A stretch of 64,000 bases of DNA, taken from the human T2T-CHM13v2.0 reference genome, Homo sapiens. The translations under genes and the position numbers were made by a program. The stretch's first letter is position 1; every line of letters starts with the position of its first letter. The stretch is from the NCBI RefSeq assembly GCF_009914755.1, contig NC_060937.1. One strand, 5' to 3'. A model generated the notes under the pieces. It had not been told where the DNA came from and did not search any database. It was given only the letters and a program-made list of their open reading frames with translations. This document shows, one piece after another, positions 29,101 to 44,289 of the stretch.

Positions 29101-29571
29101 CTGCGGTGGCCGTCAGCCCCTGTAGCAGCTTCCTCCCTGACTTCCTCCCTTCTGCTGATGTTCCTGGGTCCCTGGTTTGCTTCAGGATCCCTCTTACTGC
29201 CTTAGTTTCTCTCCCTCACCCCGTGCCTCTGAACCATCCTCTTGACTCCTTTGCTCCCTCAGCCTCCCATCACGCTGCGGGTTCCTGTCCCTGGGCTGCC
29301 GGGTGCCCTTCAGTCCTGTTTTCCTTGAGTTTCATTGCTGCATCATGCCAACATTTCTGCTGGTCTGTTGTGTAATTAATACACATGCACATCATAGAGT
29401 GGAAAACTCTTCATGTCTTTATCTTGTCCATCAGTAATTTATTTTTGTCCTATTGAGAAGAAATAAGAGCTGTTTAGTTCAACTCAACAATTAATTTTTA
29501 TTTTCTTGATAGAAACATTCACATTTTATACTAATAAATAAAAACCAAAGTCAAACTTAAGGAAATTTTAA

Positions 29572-29951
<380 letters not shown>

Positions 29952-31800
29952 TCAGGAGCCCTGCTGTGCACAGTTATAGCCACATGCCAGGGGGATTTGT
30001 CCTCCCCTTTCCCTGGAGTCTCCCACCAGTGTTAGGAGCAGACTATGAAAGATTACAGCTCTTGGAGTTCATGCTTGGTGCTTCTTCCCTAGGTAGCTCC
30101 CCAGCCAGTACCACCTGGCACAAACCAGTCAGGCCCCCTGGAAGATTTGGCCAGCAGGGCAGTGGTCTGCGTGCCCTGACCCGGCCCTGGAGGGAGCGGG
30201 CGACAGTGAGAACTGAGGCAGTGGTGGGAGGGAGGGAGAGGAGGAGAGAGCCCAGAGGATTTGGAAAGACCATTTCCAAGCGCTGCACATGGCTGGATTT
30301 GAAAGGATATGCTAAAATTGTTCTTTATTTTTCTAGCAATTGAAATACAAAGGACTTATTGTTGCAGTCAGAATGAATGATGATACTGTGGGGTTTTGGC
30401 TTAGGAACAAAACAAAACTCTGCTGACATGAGCGCAATACTCTGTACTCAGGTTAGTAAGGACCATCAACTCACTTTATAGTTTTAGACAGCATTGACAC
30501 CTGACTAAGACACTGTAGTGCTGTCAAGCCAGGCAGCGGAGACGTTCTGGGTGGTGCTGACCTGCAAGAGAAAGGGGTTTGGCTACCTGAGAGGCTCTGT
30601 TATAAAACATGCTGTGGGAGGCTGTTTGTGTAGTTGGAGGAGGTTCGCAATGGAAAATAATGGTCTTGATTCGACAGGGAACCAGTCCCGTATCTCCACA
30701 CACCAAGTAGAGACTTGGTGACTTCTAGCTTACTTTTAAAAATCAATTTTAGTAACCAAACAGGATGCTAATACAGGTCAGAAAATGTAGCTAGCTGTGT
30801 TGATGAGAATCATTAGAAACTGCCAGATTTCTGTGTAACTTCATGCTGCCAGCTTATCGCCAAGTAAGTGCTACTACAGCCTTCCTCGATGACTAACCTG
30901 TACCCAGCTTTGAGTGAGAGTGTGGTTCTCTCTAGTTAAAACTAAAACAGTCAGAGAGGGGAGGCACCAGATGAGCTGCTCTTTCTGGTTATAAATGCTA
31001 GGCTGGGCCAGGTGGCCTCCCGTCTTCTTTCTCCTAACCACCTTTCTCCTGCACACCTTCTCCTCTCAAGTAGGCCTTTGTCTTTCCATGTTGGCAAACT
31101 GTATGCCAAGATGTTCATCTGAGAATGTTCACCAATCCATTCTTTGAATGAATTAAATCAAATTGGCTTGTCTACAAAGAGAATTCTCATATGCTCCTCT
31201 CACCAGCCTTTGTTTCCTGCCATAATTTTGCAGTAAGTGAGGGAGACCATTTGAATGTTGATAGTAGAACTAAAAACATAGGTCCAAGGAAATACAGGTT
31301 TCTTCTCTGCCTTTTTTTCTTCAGGTTCATTTCTATCAAACTCCTTTCCTTCAGTGCCTCTTTTCTTGCATGTATTTTAAATATGTGATGTTATTGTTTC
31401 TTAATGTTCATTAATGCTGTTATTTTCTTGTTGCTACATGGTTAATAAGTCCAAACCCAGGTCGTAGTGCCCAAGCAGCTAGGGAGGAAATAGTCATACT
31501 GTTTTAGTTCGTTTAATAAAAGATTCCATGAAAGATTTTTGAATCTTTGTACAAAAATTACACTCAATTATGGTACTATCAGCTGTGTCTTGCCTGTGCA
31601 GAATTCTCTAATGATCTATTTAAGAAAAATCTTCTAAATTCAGATCTTGGGCTTGTTTTCCATATCCCTTGAGTGAGAACATTTACCATGATGACTTCTT
31701 TAAAAATTTGGCAGGAGGCACCTCAGCTATGTATTCTGAGAGCTGTCTATGTAATTGACAAATAATTAAATGTTTTCTTATTTGCAGATCAAGGATTTTC

Positions 31801-32232
<432 letters not shown>

Positions 32233-32240
32233 TAAATGTA

Positions 32241-32560
32241 CAGATGCTGCTTGACCTACAATAGGGCAACATCCAGATAAATTTGTTGCAGATTGAAGAT
32301 ATATGTCAAAAGTGTTAGTACGCCTAATCTAACGAACAGCATCGCTTACCCTAGCCTGCTTTAAATGTGCTCAGTACACTTATATTAGCCTACACTTGGG
32401 CAAAGTCATCTAACATAAAGCCTATTTTATTAGAATGTTGAATATCCCATGTAACTTACTGAATACTGTATCATACACTATGTCAAAATTGCAATGGTTT
32501 CACGCCATTGTAAAGTCAGCAAATCTTAGATTGAACCATCATAAGTTGAGGATTATCTAT
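32241..32560. mobile_element. TcMar-Tigger DNA transposon fossil (MER47/Tigger5-like)
   Basis: TA-flanked cagatgctgcttgacctacaat... start and a degenerate inverted terminus ...cataagttgaggattatctata. Confidence 0.7.
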
Positions 32561-34696
32561 AACAGTGTCTATGTCTTTTATAAGAAAGAAATCTGAACTT
32601 CTGGAAAAGATTATTTTGGTTTGTTTTTAATCATTAATTCTCCTTCTTAACTTTAGTACTTGAGGGCTATGGGGACACATGCATCAACAATTAGTTGCAA
32701 GTCACTCATTCCGTCACGTTTCCAAAGGCCTCTCCACTGTATAGGCGGTTTCAGTCAAGAGACACTCCAGATTCTGACATAATCATTATAATGTCTGGAT
32801 TCTGAACAATAATTGGAGAAAGCATGACTAACACTTATGGCAGTTTACTGTGTGCCAGGTTCCACGCTAACCCTTTATGTGCAGTACTTCATTCAGGTCT
32901 CACAAAAATCCTGTGAAATACATATTGTTATTTCTTGGTTTTACCAATAAGGAAACTGAGGCAAGAGGCTGTCATTTGCTGGTGGTTACACAGCTAGTGC
33001 ATGCAAAGCCAGGAGGAGAACCCAGACTGTTGGCTGCAAAGCTGTTAACCATTAATATGCAGCATCTTCCAGTAAGTTTTAAAGCCAAGAAAGAGGGAAG
33101 GAAAGAGGGATGATGGCCTGTTGATGTGCTTGTTATCACACATGGACCAGTGGAGGGAGGCTCTATCTAAATCCTTTTAGAAATTTAAACTATGATCCCT
33201 CAGAAGCAGAGTGCTTACATTTATCAATAAACAATGCTTTCAGTTTTAGTATATACCTACTCCAGAGCTCCAGCAATAAAATCAGGTCAGGTCTTTGGAG
33301 TAGATGTGTTTCCAGTTTACTCCTCATTGACTAAAATCAGGTTCATGTAAGCCAACTTTAATGTGTGTTCACAGGCACATGAAAATTTACCACATCGATT
33401 CTGCAAATGCAGTCTTTTCATACGTATATTAATTTATCTAGACAGTCAGTGCTGCCTTTTTCTGCTTCATCAGTAGGTGTAATTAAAAGCAACTATTCTT
33501 TGTAATTAATTGTTGATATTGCGTTCTTACCTTTAACCCTTCGATCCAGAGTAATGTTCTGTCAGTACCAAACTAATAACAATAAACTTATTTCTCTCTC
33601 TGAGAGGAGATTTAAAGCCACTGGCTATTACCTAAGATTTTCCAAGAGCAGAGATAAAGTAGCATCTAAGAACTGATAGAGTAAGAAGTTGTTATTTAAA
33701 GAAGTTTCTGCTTTTCTAATAGCATACCTCTTCTGTTTTATAAATTCAGCAACATGTTTTGATGAAAGCTCTTGTGAATGCAGTAGAGAGCTTTGATTCA
33801 TGTAATTGCAAGATTTGGACCTTTCTGCCTATAATTCAGAAGATAAAAATGGGATAATAGAAACCATTTTGGAACATTAGCTGTAATTCTGTCTCTTTGA
33901 ATGCCTTGTAAAAGAGAGTAATGTTTATTAATAATCTAAAGGAAACTGTTTTTTAAGTGACTCTTGTAAGAACTTGAGAATTAAATGTGAGAGGAACCAA
34001 GTGCTTTAAATTTCAGAACGGATATAAACATCTCCCCCAGTTTCACAGAGGACATTTCACATTTTCTTCTGGTTTTCTTCCAACACACAGTAACAGGCTG
34101 AGGATGGCAATAAAACAATGATGGGCAGGCAGCCAGAGGAAAACAGAAATAGTTAAATCAGAATTGCCGGATGGCGAGAAGGTGCGAAGATCCTCCATGG
34201 GATATCTCCAGAGTCCTGCTCTGTGTTGTTCTAAATAACTAAATAACCTCCACCCCACAATGCCCCAGTTGAGATCCCATCAGTGCCATTGCAATGTGCA
34301 TTTCTTTTGTTCCAGGGATAGTCTTTCATCTTTTACATTTCACTTTACTTACCCTGGCTCATAGCCCTTAGACACAAGTTCATACAACAATCTAAGTGGG
34401 AAAAAAAGATATAAAAGTGTACCTCTTAGGAGTGAGTTCTGCTCACAATGAAAGCATAGTTATGAATCATCAGTATTAATATTAAAACAGAGACAGCTTG
34501 AGGCCACCATAGGGTTCTGCCTTGATTCACTTACATTTAAATCACAAAAGGGCTGATAATTAGGGCAGTGCCTACCAAGGGAACTTAAAAGAAGAGTCAA
34601 GCTCAGAAGTTCTGTATTTATAAACCAATGTTGCAACATTGCTCACCATAGGGGAAAAGCTTGCATAGCTGTACTGGTTTTGATGTGCCCTCAGTT

Positions 34697-35068
34697 TCAT
34701 ATGGTTTGGCTATGTCCTCACCCAAATCTCATCTCGTAGTTCCCATAATCTCCACATGTTGTGGGAGGGACCCAGTGGGAGATAACTGAATCATGGGGGC
34801 AGTTTCCTTCATCCCGTTCTCATGATATAGTAAGTTAGTTCTCACAAGATCTGATGGTTTTATAAGGGGCTTTCCCCCCTTTGCTTGGCACCTCTCCTTG
34901 CTGCCGCCATGTGAAGAAGGATGTGTTTGCTTCCCCTTCCAGCATGATTGTAAGTTTCCTGAGGCCTCCCCAGCCCTGCTGAACTGTGAGTCAATTAAAC
35001 CTCTTTCCTTTGTAAATTACCCAGTCTCAGATTTGTCTTTATTAGCATCATGAGAACAGACTAATACA
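34697..35068 (+). mobile_element. THE1 (MaLR) solo LTR
   Basis: tcatatggtttggct...gactaataca; 5-bp TSD CAGTT on both sides. Confidence 0.92.
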
Positions 35069-35670
35069 CAGTTCAAAAAAGAAAAGCAGTGAAAACGATA
35101 TCAGGCACTAGCTTGGAAACGCAGCCCTCAGAGCATATTTGAGGACTGTGGTCTGACATGATGAACTTTTGCTTCTACTTTGTGCAGTACAACTGCGGTG
35201 AGCTGTCCTAAACACAGACGGTAGGAAATAGGCTGGCCTGTATGTCTGCCAGTCTCAGATGCTGGTGAGCAGAGATATCAAGCCCCTGTGTGTATATATA
35301 TATATTTGGGCGAAGTTTCAAAAGTAACATCAGAATGATTCCTTAGGAAAAGGATGCAAATCCTAGTGTAATCCTTCTGTGATCCTCTATTTGAAAAATG
35401 ATACTTTCTTGCTCTAAACAACCCACTTCAGTAATAGATCACCAGTACTCTTAACTCCACTGAGCTCTGCTCCTCTTACTTTGTGACATCACATTTTCAA
35501 ATCACATTTTGGTTTCATTTTAGTTCAGAATCATTCAATAATAAATTTGGAAGGGGCTACAATGGGCAGGGTCATTAATTTTTTAAAAATCACCAGTCTT
35601 TTTCTTCAGAATGTACAAACTTGCTTTCTGTAACTAATCTGTAAAATAAAATATCCTGATGTAGCCTACC

Positions 35671-35960
35671 TTTATTTTTTTGAGACAGTCTCACTATGTT
35701 GCCCAGGCTGGAATGCAGTCGTGTGATCTCAGCTCACCACAACCTCCACTTCTGGGTTCAAGGGATTCTTGCACCTCAGCCTCCCAAGTAGCTGGGATTA
35801 CAGGTGTGCACCACCATGCCCGGCTACTTTTTGTATTTTTAGTAGAGACGGGTTTTCGCCATGTTGACCAGGCTGGTCTCAAACTCCTGGCATCAAGTGA
35901 TCTTACCGCCTTGGCCTCCCAAAGTGCTGGGATTACAGGTGTGAGCCACTGTGCCTGGCC
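35671..35960 (-). mobile_element. Alu element
   Basis: Antisense dimer; TSD TGTAGCCTAC. Confidence 0.93.
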
Positions 35961-36079
35961 TGTTGTAGCCTACTTATTTAAGAATCAGAAGAATTCATCC
36001 CGCAAAGCCTTGGTTTATTTATGTGTTTCTTGAAATATGTTTTTTTATACCTGCTTGTTTTCCCCTTATCTCAGAGGCT

Positions 36080-36710
36080 GACTCCTCCTCTATCAGACTT
36101 CCTAATTTCAAAGCCTACCTGCATTCTGCCCTGGGTCCTCTTCTTTACACTGTACACACCTAGGTGATCTGATCAGTCCCTGGCTTTGGACGTTACCTAT
36201 GCACTGATGCTTTTTGAATTTATATCTCCAGCTACAATCTCTTCTGCCTCAGTTGTGTATGTCCAGCTGCTGGCTTAACAGATCCACGTGGATAAATAGG
36301 CATCTCAAACTTAACAATTAAAATGTTTTATACCTCCTTCCTCCCTCCACCAAACCCATGGTCCCTCAAAACTTCACCATCTCCATAAATTAATAGACAG
36401 CACCTAATTCATCCAGTGGTTTACTCTAAAACCTAGGTGTGTTCTTGATTCTGCCTTTCCTTGCACCTGACTCACAATCCATCAGTGTATCCAATTACTC
36501 TTAGAACAAACAGTTCTCAAATCAAGCCAGCTGACAAGCCTCCATGACTGTAATCTTAACCCAAGCCATCACCATCAATATCTGGGCCAGTGCGGCACCC
36601 CCCGGCCTGCCCTTTCTCTCTTTCCCTCCCCGGTCAGCGGGCAGTGATCTTTCTGAAGCGGAAGGCAGAACCTGGCACCCTCCACCCTGAAGCCCCCCCA
36701 ATCACTTCCT
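36080..36710 (-). mobile_element. L2 fragment
   Basis: ctgccctgggtcctcttctt...tatatctccagc...aataggcatctcaaacttaac motifs. Confidence 0.6.
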
Positions 36711-36719
36711 ATTAGCTTT

Positions 36720-39700
36720 CTTTTTAATTGTGGGAAAACATATATAACATAAAGTTTGCCACTTCAGCCTTTTTTAAGTATACAAGTCAGTGATATTAAT
36801 AACATTCATGATATTGTGCAGCCATCACCACTAAGCTACTTCCATATCTCTTTCATCACCCCAGATAGAAGCTCTACACCCATTAAACAAAAGCTCCTGT
36901 GCCTCCCTTCCCCCACCCCTAGTAATTTATAATCTACTTTCTGTCTCTATGAATTTGCCAATTCTAGGTATCTCTTGTAAGTGGAATTATATTAGTATTT
37001 GTCCTTTTGTGTCTGGCTTATTTCATTTAGCATAATGTTTTCAAGATTCATTCATTTTGTGGTATGTATCAAGTTTTCTTTCCTTTAAAAGGCTGAATAA
37101 TATTCCACTGTATGTCTATGCCACATTTTGTTAACCAGTCATCTGCTGATGGACGACTGGGTTGTTTCCACCTTTTGGCTATTGTGAATAATGCTGCTAT
37201 GAAGATATACAAGTATCTGATTCCTTATTTTCCATTCCTTGGGGTATATACCCAGGAGTGAAATTGCTGGACTGTATGGTAACTTTGTGTTTAATGTTTA
37301 GAGGACTACCAAACTGTATCCCACAGCAGCTGCACCATTTTACGTTCTTACCATAATAGTCATACATTCACACAGGTCCCAATTTCTCCACATCTCCACC
37401 AAAACTTGTTATTTTCTATTTTTTAAGTTGTAGCCATCCTAATGGGTATGAAGTGGTATCTCATCATGTCTGGATTTATATTTCCCTAATTATTAATGGT
37501 GAGCATCTTTTCGTGTGCTAATTGGCCATTAGTATGTCTTTTGGTAAATGTCTATTCAAATCCTTTGTCTACTTTTGAATTTGTTTGTCTGTTTTTTGTT
37601 GTTGAGTTGTAGGAGCTCTTTATATATTCTGGATATTAAATCCTTACCAGATGTATGAAATGCTAATATTTTCTTCTGCTCTGTGGGCTGTCATTTCATG
37701 TCCTTGATGGTGTCCTTTAAAGCACAAAAGTTTTTAATTTTTATAAAGTCCGATGTATCTATTGTTTTCTTCTGTTTTCTGTGCTTTTGTTGTATATTTA
37801 AGAAACCATTCCAAGCCCAAGGTCATGAAGATTTTCCTCTATGTCTTTTTCTAAGATTATTTATTTATTGATTTATTTAGAGATGGAGTCTTGCTCTGTC
37901 ACCCAGGCTACAGTGCAGTAGTGTGATCTTGGCTTACTATAACCTTGAACTCCTGAGCTCAAATGATCCTCCTGTCTCAGCCTCCCGAGTAGCTGGGACT
38001 ACAGGTGACACCACCATGCCCAGCTACATTTTTTTTTAATAGAGATGGGTTCTTGCAATGTTGCCCAGGCTAGTCTCTAACTCAAGCAATCCTTCCACTT
38101 CAGCCTCCCAAAGTGTTAGGATTATAGGCATGAACCACTGTGCCCAGCCTCTTCTAAGAATTTTAGTTTCAGCTCTTGAATTTAGGTCTCTGATCTATTT
38201 TTAGTCAACTTTTAAATATGGTGTGAAGTAGTCTTCAACTTCATTCTTTTGCAGGTGGACATCTAGTTTTCCTAACACCATTTTTTGAAGAGGCTTCCCT
38301 TTCCCCATTGAATGGTATTGGCACTCATTTAAAAAAATCAGTTGACCATAAATGTATTGGTTTACTTCAGGACTGTCAATTCTGTTCCATTGGTCTATAT
38401 GTCTGTCATTATTCTAGTACCACACCACCCCCCCTTTTTTTTAACTGTAGCTTTTGTAGTAAGGTTTGAAACTGGGAAATGTGAGTGCTCCATCTTTGTT
38501 CTTTTGTAAGACTATTTTGACTATTTCAGGGTTCCTTGAAATTCCATATGAATTTTAGGATAGGCTTTTTCACTTCTGTAAAAAATGCCATTGAATTTTG
38601 ACAGGAATTGCATTGAATCTGCAAATCACTTTGGGTAGTATTGTCATCTTAACAATAGTAATTTTTTCAGTCTATGGACATGGAAGGTGCTTCCATATAT
38701 TTTGGTCTTCTTTAATTTCTTTCAATAATGTTTGGTAGTTTTGAGTGTACAAGTCTTGTACCTCCTTTGTTAAACTTATTCTTAAATATTTTAGTCTTTT
38801 TGATATTTTGTAAACGGAATTATTTTCTTAATCTGCTTCTTAAATTGTTCATGCCTAGTGTATAAAAATACAGCTGATTTTTGCATGTTGATTTTGTAAC
38901 CTGCAATGTTGCTGAATTAATTTATTAGTTCTAACAGTTTTTTGTGGAATCCTTATCGTTTTCAACATGTAAGGTAATGTCATCTACACATAGAGGTAGT
39001 TTTGCTTCTTCCTTCCCAGTTTGGATGCTTTTATTTCTTTTTCTTGAGTAATTTCTCTGGCTAGGATTTCCAGTACTATATTAAGTAGAATTGGTAAAAG
39101 TGGGTATCCTTGTCTTCTTGATCTTGGGGGAAAGTAAGTGTTCAGTTCAGTCTTTCATCACTGAATATGATGTTAGCTGTGAATTTTTCATATATGACCT
39201 TTGTCATGTTAAGGAAGTTTCCTAGTTCATTGAGTGTTTTTATCATGAAATAGTGTTGGATTTTGTCAAAGGCTTTATCAGCATAAATAATTTTGTTGTG
39301 TATTTTTCCCCTTTATTTTATTATTGCTTATTGTATTGATTGACTTTTGTATGATTAACTACCATTGCCTTCCTGGGATAAATCCCACTTGGTCGTGGTG
39401 TATAATCTTTTAATATGCTGCTGAATTCAATTTGCTACTATTTTGTTGATAATGTTTGTCTCTATCTTTATAAGGGATCTTGATCTGTAGTTTTTTTCCC
39501 TCATGGCAGCTTTATCTGGCTTTGGCATGCAGTAATGCTAGCCTTGTAGAATGAGTTAAAAGTGTTCTCCCCTCTTCATTTTTTGGGATGAGTTTGAGAA
39601 GTGTTGGAGTTAATTCTTCTTTAAGTATTTGGTTGAATTCACCAGTAAAGCTGTCAGGTTGTGGGCTTTTCTTTTTCAGGAAGTATTTGATTACTGATTC

Positions 39701-40490
39701 AATCTCTTCGGTTATATAGATCAATTCAGATTCTCTGTTTCTTCCATTTTGTTAGTTTATGTGTTTCTAGGAATTTTTCCATTTTATCTAATTTGTCCAA
39801 TTTGTTGGCATATGACTGTTTATAGTATTGTCTTATAATCCTTTTTATTTCTGTAAAGACTTTAGTAATATTCTCTTTCATTTCTGAATTTAGTAATTTG
39901 ACTATTCTCTCTTATTTACTTAGTCTAAAGTTTTGTAGATTTTACTGATCTTTTCAAAAAGTCAACTTTTGTTTTTTTTTTCCATTATTTTCCTATTCTC
40001 TATTTCATTGATCTCTGCCCTAGTCCTTACTTCCTTTCATTTGCTACCTTTTAGCTTAGTTTGGTTTTTTTTCCCATAATGTTTTAAAGTGGAAGGTAAA
40101 GTTACTGACTTTAGATCTTGCTTCTTTTTTAATGTAGGAATTTATTGATACAGATTTCCCTCTGAGCACTGCTTTTGTTGTATTCCATAAGTTTTGGTAT
40201 GTTGTGTTTTTACTTTTATTCACCTCAAAGTATTTCCTAATTTTCTTTGTGATTTCTTCTTTGACCCATTGATTATTTAAGAGTATATTGTTGCATTTTC
40301 ATATATTTGTGAACTTTCCAGTTTTCATTCTCTCATTGATTTCTAATTTTGTTCCTTTATGATTGGAAAAGCTACTTTGTATGATTTCTGTCTTTTCAAA
40401 CTTATGGACACTTGTTTTGTGACCTAACAGGTGGTCTGTCCTGGAGAAGGTTCCATGTACACGTGAAGAGAATGTGTATTCTGATGTTGA
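36720..40490 (-). mobile_element. L1M fragment of about 3.7 kb, antisense (ORF2 remnant plus 3' UTR), containing an Alu
   Basis: ORF2-like peptides on the minus strand (KKSPQPDSFTGEFNQILKEELTPTLLKL; YTFSSRVHGTFSRTDHLLGHK). Confidence 0.9.
37857..38149 (-). mobile_element. AluJ-like element nested in the L1
   Basis: Antisense dimer; TSD TTCTAAGA. Confidence 0.88.
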
Positions 40491-40744
40491 GTACCTCCTG
40501 TCATTCTTAGAATAGAATCCAGACTTCTCACTGCAGCTGTAAATCCCTACAGGAATTGACCCCAAACAGCTCTTCTGGCATAAAATCCCTCCATTCTTCC
40601 CCTAGCTCTTGCTTAGGAAGTATTTTTGACTGACTTATTAATTAACATAATCTTTAGTGTAATGGCAATAATGTATCTTTTGATAGCAGGTGAAACAAGT
40701 ACAATGTATCTTTGTGGAATGTTTTTAAATATGTGGAATAATCT

Positions 40745-41200
40745 TGTACATGAGTGTGCATAGCAGCACTATTCACAAGAGCCAAAGCTGGGAAAACCAA
40801 GATGTCCATCATCTGAGAAATGGCTAAACAAAATGTGGTGTATCTATACAATGGAATATTATTCAGTCATTAAAAAGTGAAGCTCCGATACAAGCTACAC
40901 TGTGGATGAACCTTTAAAACATTATACTAAGTGAAAGAAGCCAGACATAAAAGGCTGTATAATACTGTATATCCATTTATATGACATATGCAGAATAGGC
41001 AAATCCATAGAGACAGAAAACAGATTAGGGCTTGCCAGGGGCTGCAGGGATGGGGGAAAGGGAGTGACCACTTAATGGGTATGGGGTTTCCTTTTGGGGA
41101 GATAAGAATGTTCTAGAATTAGTGGTGATGGTGGCATAACATTGTGAATGTATTCAGCTTCTTAATAGTAAATCTTATGTCTATTTTACTATAATTTTAA
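40745..41200 (+). mobile_element. L1M 3' end fragment
   Basis: catagcagcactattcacaa...aaaatgtggtgtatctatacaatggaatattattc...aagtgaaagaagccag. Confidence 0.8.
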
Positions 41201-43397
41201 ATCAGTTCAATTTAAAAAATGTAGTTATGGATATAAATGGAAGAGCAAACAGAACAAGCTTTTTTTGGAAATAATATTTCTTTTGGTTATTGAAAAAGAA
41301 ACATAGTCCTAAGACTAAAGTCTAAAATATAAAAAACATAAATGACGAAGCCTTCTTCTTTCACATGTATCCAGTGTCAGAGTGCTTGGTATAAAGTGTA
41401 TTTTACAAATTCAACTATTTTGTTTATTGGCAGACTCTATAGTGGTAGATCTGGAATTTGTATGTTGAGTGTTACATAGATATTTTTGCTTAACCAGTTT
41501 AGATTAACAAGATAAAGCTTACACTTCAGAACTGTATGCTTGTCTCAATTAAGATTGAAGAGAGCTCTTTGTTAATAATTTTTTAAAGAGCATGACTAGA
41601 AATAGATTCATCATCAGGTTTTAATTTTGTTAAACTTTTATTTGATTTGGGCTTTTTGATGGTACTGGTGCTGGTAGAAGAGCACAGAAAGCAATGGATT
41701 GAATTGTAGTTTACTTGAAGCAAATATGAAGGTCAAAGATAAAATATTTCAGTGAAAAATATTTTTAAATGTCTCATTTTTGTGCTTATATTCCAGTACT
41801 TATTGCTAATTGCTAATTGAATTGCATGTGTCAAAACATAGTCACCAATAAGTAAAAATGCTTGCATTTCCAATTATGTTGGAGTTGCCAGAGTGATATG
41901 TTATACAGAAGGAAACCAGATGTGTTATTTTCATGTGCTAAACTCTCTAATGAAAACATAAGGCGTTAATGAAATCTCAAAGGTGGAAGCCCAGACAGAA
42001 AGCATAATTAGTTCATTTACAACTTGATCTTCCCTACTACATTTATTTAATGCTCATTTTATGATACCACATAGAGCTTTAAAATAACACATAAAATGAA
42101 GTTTATAAGCCATATGTTGTTTTTTACTGCAATAAAATTCAATAGCCTCCTTAATCTAGGGTTTAGATAAAACAGGTTGGATTTGTAAAGTCATGCTTGT
42201 GTTTTAAATTAGGTCAAGCTATATTGTATGTGTTAGCTGATTAACTAGAATATACTGGTCTATACAGAATCTGAACCAGTAATCCTTCACACTATAGTCT
42301 TTTTTTTTTTTTTTTTTTTTACTCTAAATGGTTGGAAAGAACATAACATGCTAAAAAAAAAAAAAAAAAAAAAAAGCATAAGTTTTAAGAGTCAAACTAA
42401 CCTGAGCTCAGATCTAGATCCAGCCACCTAATGGTTGTTTGGCATTAAAAAGTATGTACAGATACATATCAACTTCTCCATCTATGAGATCCTTTCTGCA
42501 CAGGGTTATTACAGCGCCCAGAAAGTGGGTATGTAGGGGCTGGCCCCTGCACTTGTGGTTATATGGTAGCTGTGATGGTGTTGATGATAATTCAGCTAAC
42601 TTTTGTACAAAAGACAAATATAGGTTCCTGTGGTTAAGTGCTCTCTAGGCACTCACTGTTTTCTCCATACCTCTGTCTACTGTTGGGAGTAAGTAAAAAT
42701 GTCAGATTAATACGACTAATTTGGTAAAATGATGTGAATGCTTAACTGTCCCCATTATCCAGCTCACCTGATAGTTCCTGAAATTGGTACCAAAGCACTT
42801 GTGTTGGAAGAAGTGGTTCACCTCCTGAAGGTCTTCCCGTTTTCTTCTTTGGGCATTCATTATAAATCAGTCATCATTTTATATAGATTGTTAACTAAGA
42901 TTACATTTGGCATATAATAAGATCCTTCTGTGATGACTCCATGAAGCGCTACTTAAAATGGACTAGAGAAGGCTAAGTTTTTGTTTGATATTCATTCCAA
43001 GGATGTGGTCAATGGTCTACATGGATTCTCTATTGATATATATCTGAGCCACCCTTGCTCTCTCATGCATGGCCTGATTAATTGCAAAAACTAAGTGCAT
43101 GCAAACAAAACTGTTCTTTGCTCCAGCTGTTTCCATCTGCATTGTCATTAGCGACATAGCCCAAGGTGGAAGGTTATTAGACAACCAATGAACACATCAT
43201 TGGCATAATCTCATCTTATTGATTGGACAAGTCCCCATTAAGTCATCTTTCTGGAATACTTGGGATTTTTCCTTTTATTTCATAGACATTCATTCATTCC
43301 GTCATTTAACACATATTTATCAGGCACCAGCTGTGTGCCAGGAACCCTTATAGATGTTAAAAATACAAGCAAAACTCCCTGTCCTTTCTGTGGGAGA

Positions 43398-43790
43398 TGT
43401 AATTGGCTAGGATAAATACTAAGCTGCTGTAACAAAGAGACCCAGAAATATCGTGGCCTAAGTAAGATAGAAGTTTCTCTGTCTCGTATTTAGCAGTTCA
43501 GCCTGGGAAAGCAGCTCTGCGTCAGGATGTCTCAGAGCCCAGCTTCCTGCCCCCTGTGCTAAGCCAGCCTTAGACATCTGCTTCCCACAGAGGATCAAGG
43601 CTTGGCTGCTGCATTCACCTCCCAGCTCACAGTGAGGGGCAAGTCTAGGTCAAGCAATGGCTCCCTAAGTGAAGCTGACCCACACATAACCCACACCCCT
43701 TCTGCCCACTTTCGTCCCCACTGACTCTAACCTGGATATGGTCAGGCTCAGCTGCAGTGTGGCTTCTTGCTGGACCTAGCTTAACGACGA
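43398..43790 (-). mobile_element. MLT1-type MaLR LTR remnant
   Basis: ctaagctgctgtaacaaagagacccagaaat...taagatagaagtt resembles the MLT1 terminus. Confidence 0.5.
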
Positions 43791-43849
43791 GCCTGGTGGG
43801 TGTGTTTGAGAAGCAGGGTGGGATCTCCAACTCCTACCTTGGGAGAGAA

Positions 43850-44260
43850 TGACAGTGAACCAAACAAGTAAAGTATACAAAATGTCAGATGATCGTCAGT
43901 GCTGTGAAGGAAGAGAAAGCAGGGCAGTGGGTAGGAAGTGCTGGGGAGAAACTGCAATTGTAAATAGATTGGTGGGAAGCCTCACTGAGGTGGTGACATT
44001 GCGGAAGGACTCCAGCAGCTGAGGTGCAGTCCTTGCGGCAGTCTAGGGGAGCATTGTGGACAGAGGCACTGACAGGTGAGGAAGATCTGTGGGAGGGGCA
44101 GGGAGTGTGTTGAGGGATTTGCTTGTAGTTGGGGGCACGTGCTTTGGACATGGTGAGTTGAGATGCATCTTTATCCATGTGGAGGTGCCAAGTAGGCTGT
44201 GAGATGCATGACTCTGAAGTTCAAGAGAGCAGATCAGACTGGAAAGAAAATTTCAGAGTA
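43850..44260 (+). mobile_element. L2 fragment
   Basis: gggaagcctcactgaggtggtgacatt...ttggacatggtgagttgagatg...ggaggtgccaagtaggc. Confidence 0.55.
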
Positions 44261-44289
44261 GTGAAATCAAGTATCCTACTTCATCTTTC

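Noticed and set aside
43185-43203. CCAATGA-acaca-TCATTGG small palindrome
   Set aside because: 7-bp arms are expected by chance in 64 kb; no further support.
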